The translations under genes and the position numbers were made by a program. The notes beneath the pieces were generated by a model that made no database searches, was not told the origin of the DNA, and was given only the letters and a program-made list of their open reading frames with translations. From Candidatus Sumerlaeaceae bacterium (GTDB taxonomy: Bacteria; Sumerlaeota; Sumerlaeia; Sumerlaeales; Sumerlaeaceae): a stretch of 57,788 nt of DNA. Positions 51,237 to 57,788 of the stretch are shown here, one piece after another. The DNA lies in NCBI GenBank assembly GCA_051003195.1, contig JBPCLP010000015.1, positions 1 through 57,788 of the forward strand, given 5' to 3'. Each line of letters begins with the position of its first letter. Positions within the stretch are counted from its first letter, which is position 1.

Positions 51237-53285
51237 CTATTTTCGGAACATGCCTTTGAGGCGATCGCCGATGCCCGCCTCCGGAGCTGGCTCCTGTGGG
51301 CGTGACTGGAGTTCTTTTTCCAGCTCGAGAATTCGCATCTGGAGTTCAGCAACCCGTTTGATCTTCTGGTTGCACTCAGCTTCAGCCGCAGCGCGCGCCA
51401 GGAGTGACTGCTCGAGCTGTTCGCGCAGTTCGGCGACTTCGTCCTGCTGCTGCGGCGCCTCTGGCTCAACACTCGGCAAAACGCCGCCACTGTCGGCGTC
51501 GCGCCGGCGCAACGCGCTTTGATCGAAGATCTGTGGTCCTCCAAAAAAGACAAACGCCTTAAGATCGGATTCAGGCCAGGAGCCGACACGGAAAATTAAA
51601 TCACCGGTGCCTGCCTGTTCGGGTCCATTGGCGGCGCATTCAAACCAACTACGCGCCAGCGCGGCTTCCCGCGGGCCAATCAGCCGTCCAAACAAAGTAT
51701 GTTCTTCGCCGCCAGCCGACCAGACGACTTCCGCCACCAGTCGGCTGCGTGCATGCTGCAGCCGTTGCAGGCTCGCTTCCGGAACGTGCAGCCGGAAACG
51801 GATCATGGATTTGGCGGCAATGTTTAGGGCGTAGCGAACTTCGGACGCGGTCTCAACCGCCAGGTAACCGAATGGCTGCGGTGTGCCGCGCCTTACCACG
51901 CCGACATCAATTGCCGCGCTGTGACTCATTTTAAACTTTGCGCGGGGCAGTTCGCGCAGGAAGTCGAAGTACCCGTCATTCGGCGGCAGCGCTCGCAGAC
52001 GTTGCACCAGGTTCAGGAAATGCATGCGGTACATGGTGCTTCGCACATTATCGGGCGATAGCTCGGGCAGGCGCATTGTCAGTCGGGTGAAATCGGGATC
52101 CTGCGACTCGGGGCTTGTGTCCAGGTACTGCTTGTCGGTGGCGTATTGATGCAGCGGTGTCCCTTCGATCGGCTGGAACACGCAGCTGCGCACCTCGTCC
52201 GGCGCGATTTCCTGGTTCAGCGCATAAGTTTCCTGCGAGAGTGGCTCACTTTCCAGCGGTAGCCCAATCATGTTCGTGGTGACGATGCCGATGCCGCGTT
52301 CACGCACCGCGGCAACCCAAGAACGCAGACGGTCGTTGCCAAGGTTGCGGCTGGCGACACGCCTGCGAAAACCTTCATTTCCTGTCTCGATGCCAATGAC
52401 GAGGCGCTCGCACCCGGCTGCCTTCAGCAGGTCGAGCACCTCCGTGTCGCAGCGTTCCAGCGAAACCACCGCCTGGAAGGGCAACACCCCGGCAGGCCCC
52501 AGTCGTTGTGCAAGAGAGCGCAGCCAGTTTTTGTCCGTCGGAAACTGCTCATCGACAAAGTTGATGCACCCATAATCGCGACGCCGCAGCTCGCCGAGGA
52601 TTTCGCCCGCGAGGTGCTGTGGTGAACGCATGCGATAGAAAGCGCCTTTTCCCGAATACGCCTGCTTGAGCGGCGGGATGTAACAGAACTGGCAGTCGTA
52701 GATACAACCGCGCGTGGCACAGGCAAAAAGAACTCGCTCCGATCCCGGACTGGCCAGCGGCGCCTGGTCCAGCAGGGCGCGGTTCGCATACGGAATTGTG
52801 TCGAGATTCTCCTGCAGCGGGCGAAGCGGATTCCTCTGAATCTGTCCGTTGTTGCGCCACCACAGGTTCTTGATGGTGCCCACGTCCGCGGAAGACATGG
52901 TGGCGGTGATGAGCTCATACAGCGCGATTTCGGCTTCGCCCGCAAGCAGGTAGTCGATCAGGCCTTCGCGCATGATTGTGTCAGGTGCAAGGATTGGCAG
53001 AATTCCCACGCCTGCAAGCGGGGTGTCGGGAAATTGCGTCCTGAGCTGACGAGCGAGTCGAAGACTGGCAGCACCATTGAACTCATCAAAATAAAAAACA
53101 ACCAGCCGCGCCGGGGCCTGACGAAACGCGTCGACGATTTCCTCAGGGCGGCGGTCTGCATGCAGAAGCGTGCTTGATACCTTTAGCCCTGCGTCCGCGA
53201 GAACCTGGTGATACTGTCCGGCTTCGAGACAGCGCAGGTAACGCGCCGGTGAACCGGTGTCGCAGTAGATAAGCAGGACGTCCAT
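51237..53285 (-). CDS. B12-binding-domain radical SAM protein with long C-terminal extension
   Basis: TRGCIYDCQFC (CX3CX2C), GEAE, FVDEQF, IGIETG, MIGLP.E and GTPL; C-terminal coiled coil. Confidence 0.87.
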   Translation of the reverse strand: MDVLLIYCDTGSPARYLRCLEAGQYHQVLADAGLKVSSTLLHADRRPEEIVDAFRQAPARLVVFYFDEFNGAASLRLARQLRTQFPDTPLAGVGILPILAPDTIMREGLIDYLLAGEAEIALYELITATMSSADVGTIKNLWWRNNGQIQRNPLRPLQENLDTIPYANRALLDQAPLASPGSERVLFACATRGCIYDCQFCYIPPLKQAYSGKGAFYRMRSPQHLAGEILGELRRRDYGCINFVDEQFPTDKNWLRSLAQRLGPAGVLPFQAVVSLERCDTEVLDLLKAAGCERLVIGIETGNEGFRRRVASRNLGNDRLRSWVAAVRERGIGIVTTNMIGLPLESEPLSQETYALNQEIAPDEVRSCVFQPIEGTPLHQYATDKQYLDTSPESQDPDFTRLTMRLPELSPDNVRSTMYRMHFLNLVQRLRALPPNDGYFDFLRELPRAKFKMSHSAAIDVGVVRRGTPQPFGYLAVETASEVRYALNIAAKSMIRFRLHVPEASLQRLQHARSRLVAEVVWSAGGEEHTLFGRLIGPREAALARSWFECAANGPEQAGTGDLIFRVGSWPESDLKAFVFFGGPQIFDQSALRRRDADSGGVLPSVEPEAPQQQDEVAELREQLEQSLLARAAAEAECNQKIKRVAELQMRILELEKELQSRPQEPAPEAGIGDRLKGMFRK

Positions 53286-53549
53286 GAGTGGAGAGTCTGA
53301 GCGGGGTTTCTTCCAGGTGCAAAGGATTTGTTGTTTTATAGATCGGATTTGGCAGTGAGACCAGGTTACAGACCTTCGATTTCACGCCCGTCGCACGAGG
53401 AGACGCAAACCCCGCCAGCGACAGCGACGTTTTTAGTCGCTTGACAGAATTATCCCAATGGACGTGCGGTTCAGGCCTCGCGCAGCAGAGCGCCAAAAAA
53501 TTTCCGTAGAATTGCTGCCGGGCCAATTTTGATGCCGTTGAGGATCTAG

Positions 53550-53843
53550 TTGAACTCGGACCTGCACGGGCTGCCTTTAAACGAGGAACTTCAGAGCATG
53601 TCGCTCGCGCTGGAAACTGCATTGGATCGCAGATCCGTAGATGACGTGTTGAAAATCTGTACTCGTGCCAAGGCATGGCTGAGCGACAAGGACGCCTCGC
53701 ATATGGAATGGGGTTACTGGGCGGGTGTGATCAAGTGGGCTGAAGAAATACACCGAATGAGCCCGCTTGGCGCCATCATGAAAGAGCAGCGGCAGACCTT
53801 CCTGGCGGAATGGCGTATCGTGCGACATCCCGAACACTACTGA
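53550..53843 (+). CDS. Hypothetical protein
   Basis: 97-codon ORF in an otherwise empty gap with helical-looking composition; start uncertain (ATG 53598 possible). Confidence 0.45.
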   Translation: MNSDLHGLPLNEELQSMSLALETALDRRSVDDVLKICTRAKAWLSDKDASHMEWGYWAGVIKWAEEIHRMSPLGAIMKEQRQTFLAEWRIVRHPEHY

Positions 53844-54049
53844 ATGGGATTGCCGTCTGGGTGCGTAGTGGACGGTTCGCTGAGCTTCCAGTGTTGGTTG
53901 ACGCCCTTCCCTGACGGGTCTGCCGGCATATTCCTTTAGACCGCTGTAAATTTTTCCTTGCAGGCTGAGGTACATTTGTTTCAGAGAACAACAAAAGCAG
54001 ATGTCCGGCTTCCCCGGCGCTGCCGTAATTCATACTTTAGAGGTGTCTC

Positions 54050-54784
54050 GTGAAAAAGGCATTTACCCTTATCGAGCTGTTGATCGTGGTGGCTATCATC
54101 GCCATCCTCGCCGCGATCGCAGTTCCTAACTTTCTGGAAGCTCAGATGCGGGCAAAAATAGCGCGTTCGAAGAACGATATGCGCTCCCTGGCGACAGGGC
54201 TTGAGTCGTACGCGGTGGATTGGAATAAGTATCCGTACTGCAACAATAACATCACAGGTGGAAGACGACCGGATGCATCCGGTACAATACCAGCCACCGA
54301 AGTTCCGCTCCCGATTCTGGAGCGCATTTCTACCCCGGTCGCGTATGTGACAAATGCCTTTGTCGCTGATATTTTTAAGCCGGAATTTCGGTCGAGACAA
54401 CATGCTGCGGGCAGTGAACAGGGCAACAATGAGGCTATCTCCGCGACGGGGATCGGGTTTACTTCTGACTATAATGTGCATTGGATCGTCAAATACGGGT
54501 CCATGGATCCGAATACAGCCCAAACATTTGGCTTTGCCAATGATCCGCTGCTGGAAGTTCCGAAAGCCTGGATTCTATATGTAGGAGGGCCAGACCGTAA
54601 CTATCCTGGCATGGGCGCGCTTGCCAGTGTTAATGTACCTGCCTCCGTAGTTTGCGCGCAGATGTACGATGCCACGAACGGAACGGTGTCGTACGGGGAC
54701 ATTTACCGCGTCAACCAGGGCGCGCTGTCACGGAGTGGTTTTGCAGGGGAACTTTTCTCGCAGGCTACGATCGCGAATAAGTAG
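54050..54784 (+). CDS. Prepilin-type N-terminal cleavage/methylation domain protein (pilin-like), paralog 1
   Basis: KKA|FTLIELLIVVAIIAILAAIAVPNF; STPVAY; GPD; YDATNGTVSYGD. GAGG RBS. Confidence 0.92.
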   Translation: MKKAFTLIELLIVVAIIAILAAIAVPNFLEAQMRAKIARSKNDMRSLATGLESYAVDWNKYPYCNNNITGGRRPDASGTIPATEVPLPILERISTPVAYVTNAFVADIFKPEFRSRQHAAGSEQGNNEAISATGIGFTSDYNVHWIVKYGSMDPNTAQTFGFANDPLLEVPKAWILYVGGPDRNYPGMGALASVNVPASVVCAQMYDATNGTVSYGDIYRVNQGALSRSGFAGELFSQATIANK

Positions 54785-54804
54785 TCACTAACGATAGGAA
54801 TCCG

Positions 54805-54837
54805 GCCGGGGGCCATCGCCTCCGGCATTTTATTTTT
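54805..54837 (+). terminator. Intrinsic terminator after pilin-like paralog 1
   Basis: GCCGGGGGC-CATC-GCCTCCGGC hairpin followed by ATTTTATTTTT. Confidence 0.75.
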
Positions 54838-55096
54838 CAGTATTCGTGGAAAGCGCTTTGTCGTTAACTTCCGAGTCCTGTATTGACCAGCGAGGGTTTT
54901 TGCCGGCAAGGACGAGCACCATGCCGGTGATCATGCCGCTGATGCCGACCAGCATCCAGGTCATCAGCAATAATCCGCGTAAGTGCTCTGCGGGCTTGAT
55001 GCCCCTCAGCAATTGCGCCGCAACGCACAGCATGCCGAAGCATCCCAGCAGCAGCGCGATGCCGATCCACCGTCGGCGATTCAGTTTCGGGCGCAT
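54830..55096 (-). CDS. Small two-TM hypothetical protein
   Basis: GGAGGA upstream of ATG 55096; basic N-terminus and two hydrophobic helices. Confidence 0.55.
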   Translation of the reverse strand: MRPKLNRRRWIGIALLLGCFGMLCVAAQLLRGIKPAEHLRGLLLMTWMLVGISGMITGMVLVLAGKNPRWSIQDSEVNDKALSTNTEK

Positions 55097-55216
55097 GAGC
55101 TGAGTCTTCCTCCGCTCGCGTTGTGCATGTAAACAGCGATGTGGCTTCCGATCGGAGCCGTTATCGTTTGTTTTGAATTGAATTGTCCGCATGGGCAGCC
55201 GCATTGCGCTGGTGAA

Positions 55217-55513
55217 ATGAGATCGCTGTTAAAAATCGGGGCGGTGCTTTGCCTGCTTCTGCTCGGCGGTCTCACGAGCGGTCGGGCCATCCACGATCTC
55301 CTGCACGAGGGCTGTAGTCATGGCCATGCCGATGCGGAGAAGACGTGCGACTTCGCAAAACTTCTGGTCACGCCTCTGCTCGCAACGCCGACGATTCAAT
55401 TTGTTGCAACGTGGACCAGTGTCCAGCTCAACGCCCCGACGATCTGCACCACGCCCGCGTTCATGCGGCATTTCCGTCTTTCCCCCCGCGCGCCGCCTTC
55501 CCGGCTGGCTTAG
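55217..55513 (+). CDS. DUF2946-like secreted leader peptide with His/Cys cluster and C-terminal RAPP arrest motif
   Basis: MRSLLKIGAVLCLLLLGG (signal-like), HDLLHEGCSHGH...CDF, ...SPRAPPSRLA*; 98 aa. Confidence 0.72.
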   Translation: MRSLLKIGAVLCLLLLGGLTSGRAIHDLLHEGCSHGHADAEKTCDFAKLLVTPLLATPTIQFVATWTSVQLNAPTICTTPAFMRHFRLSPRAPPSRLA

Positions 55514-55674
55514 TCTTTCCACTAACCCGACCTGCGGCTTCGCCTGCGTGCCTACGCATTAAGACTTCCGTTCCATCGCGCGCACAGCCGCAACGTCGTT
55601 ACTTCCAGCTGCCGTAATGCGTGCTGCCCGTATGGGCGGCCCGGCACCCCGTTTAGTTTTTTGGAGAAATTACC

Positions 55675-56334
55675 ATGCGCAAACGCGCTTTTACGTTAAT
55701 CGAGCTGCTCATCGTGGTAGCCATTATCGCGATTCTCGCAGCGATTGCAGTCCCCAACTTCCTGGAAGCACAGACCCGCGCGAAAGTAAGCCGCGTGAAA
55801 GCGGACATGCGTTCACTTTCCACGGCCATTGAGTCGTACGCGGTGGATGCGAACAAATACCCGTTTCATAACAGCCCCGTGGATGAGGATTTCCCCAACT
55901 ACGACCGCTCGGCCCCGGGATCAATGAAGGAAGGCAGGTTCGAGCGTCGCGTGCCGGTGAACCTCACGACACCGATCGCGTATATGTCGAGCCTGTTGAA
56001 CGATCCCTTCCCAAACTTGAAGGGGGAGGAGGGCAAGGGCGGACATCCCTACCATTATGCAAACGACCAGGACTTCATTTCGGACCCGGCTGCCACGCCG
56101 GGCCTGGACCAGTATCCCGTTGCGGCATTGTTTACGATTGTCGCGGTCTCCAACGACACCCCGCCGGCATTCTACACAACTGCGTCCGCCCTGTATTGCA
56201 TGGTGAGCCATGGCCCGGATGTCGATCATGATAACCCGGATGACGATGCGTCCGCCCGGACGTATGATGCCACGAACGGTACCTCCAGCAGTGGCGACAT
56301 CTATTACTTTGGTCCCGGGCTGGGGTTTAGGTAA
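55675..56334 (+). CDS. Prepilin-type N-terminal cleavage/methylation domain protein (pilin-like), paralog 2
   Basis: KRA|FTLIELLIVVAIIAILAAIAVPNF; LTTPIAY; SHGPD; YDATNGTSSSGD. GGAG RBS. Confidence 0.92.
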   Translation: MRKRAFTLIELLIVVAIIAILAAIAVPNFLEAQTRAKVSRVKADMRSLSTAIESYAVDANKYPFHNSPVDEDFPNYDRSAPGSMKEGRFERRVPVNLTTPIAYMSSLLNDPFPNLKGEEGKGGHPYHYANDQDFISDPAATPGLDQYPVAALFTIVAVSNDTPPAFYTTASALYCMVSHGPDVDHDNPDDDASARTYDATNGTSSSGDIYYFGPGLGFR

Positions 56335-56402
56335 ACGAATTAATGGAGCTCCACCCCAGGTTTCTATTCCTCGACTCCTCGACTCCCTCTCCCCCGGCGA
56401 CA

Positions 56403-57464
56403 TTATTTAAGTTTCAGGCCGACGTCGACCGGTGCGCGGTCGACGCGAAAAAGCGCAATGGCGCCGGTTCCACTGGTGTGAAAGTCGGGTAATTCGGTCA
56501 AGGTCACGGTGGTCTCGACGCCGGCCAAGGTGAGATGCTCTGGTCGACCTTTGCGCAAGGTGCGCGACACGGGTTTGCCTCGCCCGCTCCTGTCACTGTA
56601 ATCCTCTACGACAGCGGCTTCGTCCCGAATTGCGGTTAATTTCCAGCTTTGCAGTGGCGTGTCTTTGCTAATCGTCTTTGCTTCGATGTCGAGTGTTTCG
56701 ACCAGCAGCTCCATCTCGCGAATCTTCTCCTGACGGTCGCGGACGATGACTTGTCGTGTGCGCTCATCAATTTCCGGGTGAGGCGCAGCGGGGCTTCTCA
56801 TGCGCTCAAGCTTCTCGCCGACGGAGTTCACATCCGCATGGGCGATGGTGAAAACGCGGGTCGGAAGCGGAACGTCCATTTCTGCAAGCAAGCGTTCGAT
56901 GCGCGCGAGGGCATCGGGCAGATCGGTCACGAAAAGCTTGTTTGAACGCGGATCGTAGGTCGCCCTGCTGATCTTTGGCGTCAGGGCGGGCCAGATCGAT
57001 TTCGTCGCGTCGTCCGCGTTCATGTGCTTAGGCTGGAAAATTTTGAACTTCACCTGGGTGGGAAGCACCTGGTCATTATAGCTGTTTTGGTCCCAAATCT
57101 CGAAGGTGCCTGGATCGTCGGTCGGCTGGTAAAGCATCCAGTCGCTGCCCTGGCGAACAAGCTCGTCGAGTGCATCGCGCAGGGGAACATTTCTCACCAC
57201 AAACGGGCCGAGCTTTGTTCCCGCAACTTTGCCGCGGGCTCTAACTTTCATTCCCTGCTCGGCAAATTGCCCGAGCACGCGCTCGATTGTAAACCCCATG
57301 GAAACAATGGAGATATGGCCGGGCTTCGTGGAGTTGATGGACGGCGCGCGCTCCGCCGGTTCGGTATCGGAGGTTTCCTCTGACGCCGACGCATTGCTGA
57401 TGATCGCAAATCCGCAAATCGTAAGTACAGCCAGCCCCAAACGCGGCTCACGTGTTTCGAACAT
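56403..57464 (-). CDS. Exported protein with secretin N-terminal (N0/N-type) domains and no secretin barrel
   Basis: Signal peptide; NVPLRDALDEL; YDPRSNKLFVTD...IERLLAEMD; IDERTRQVIVRD...LVETLD. AGGAG RBS. Confidence 0.78.
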   Translation of the reverse strand: MFETREPRLGLAVLTICGFAIISNASASEETSDTEPAERAPSINSTKPGHISIVSMGFTIERVLGQFAEQGMKVRARGKVAGTKLGPFVVRNVPLRDALDELVRQGSDWMLYQPTDDPGTFEIWDQNSYNDQVLPTQVKFKIFQPKHMNADDATKSIWPALTPKISRATYDPRSNKLFVTDLPDALARIERLLAEMDVPLPTRVFTIAHADVNSVGEKLERMRSPAAPHPEIDERTRQVIVRDRQEKIREMELLVETLDIEAKTISKDTPLQSWKLTAIRDEAAVVEDYSDRSGRGKPVSRTLRKGRPEHLTLAGVETTVTLTELPDFHTSGTGAIALFRVDRAPVDVGLKLK

Positions 57465-57788
57465 TGCCTGCTCCTGTTTTCATAGTAGGAAACGGGGAGG
57501 CGCACCGGGACCCATGGAACAGCTGGCAACAAGAAACCGGTGCTCCCGCTCCAGCGGAACGCCCTTTCGGCAAGCAATGTTCCACTGCCGTGACCGGGGA
57601 AACGGCGTGGTGCTGCGGCTCGCAGTGCATTCTGATGATTTCGGTTAAGCGTATTTGTCAGGTACGGATAGCGAATCGAGCGGGTGGGTTATTCGCATGG
57701 GGCAGCCGTGCTATCCCCTCCTGGCAGCCGTGAATCCACCATTTGCGGGGTCTAGTGTGGTCTACCATTAATTCGCATCCGGTTCTGT

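Noticed and set aside
51128..51589. 154-aa N-terminal extension of the nucleotidyltransferase ORF given in the track
   Set aside because: It overlaps the 3' end of the radical SAM gene in another frame; the recognisable domain starts at ATG 51127.
56369..56384. CCTCGACT tandem repeat between convergent genes
   Set aside because: Only two 8-nt units; not enough to call an element.
57465..57788. Structured leader or riboswitch upstream of the secretin-N gene (GGCAGCCGTG twice)
   Set aside because: No match to a riboswitch consensus I can recognise, and the region is cut by the window edge.

Overview
Bacterial chromosomal window, GC-rich, about 45 CDS and three minus-strand tRNAs (Gly-CCC, Leu-TAA, Val-GAC). 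It is probably from Candidatus Sumerlaeota (BRC1). This is an inference from the paralogous FTLIELLIVVAIIAILAAIAVPNFLEAQ...YDATNGT pilin-like proteins and a secreted protein ending in ...IDNWIWY. Most of the window is scattered housekeeping and envelope genes: pfkA, AddB-like nuclease, family-4 UDG, hldE, gatA, metH, queG, an NtrC-type regulator and an ECF operon. Two loci stand out. (1) 5759-12261 is a self-contained cyclic-nucleotide module: a stand-alone tandem cNMP-binding protein, a zinc-ribbon/adenylate cyclase/STAND ATPase/TPR protein fused to a C-terminal GrpB nucleotidyltransferase-fold domain, and a Ser/Thr kinase fused to a cNMP-binding domain. It lies between a giant S8 protease gene and tRNA-Gly. 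(2) 54050-57464 holds two pilin-like paralogs, one preceded by a His/Cys-rich secreted leader ORF ending in the RAPP ribosome-arrest motif, next to a secretin N-domain protein with no secretin barrel. Features missing from the ORF track include a bS22-like 29-aa protein, a 58-aa partner of a nucleotidyltransferase (TA-like pair), a GGDEF gene remnant, REP/MITE-like inverted repeats flanking queG and a 24-bp perfect palindrome before metH. No CRISPR array, rRNA, integrase or transposase was seen. All family calls come from motif recognition by eye; no database searches were run.
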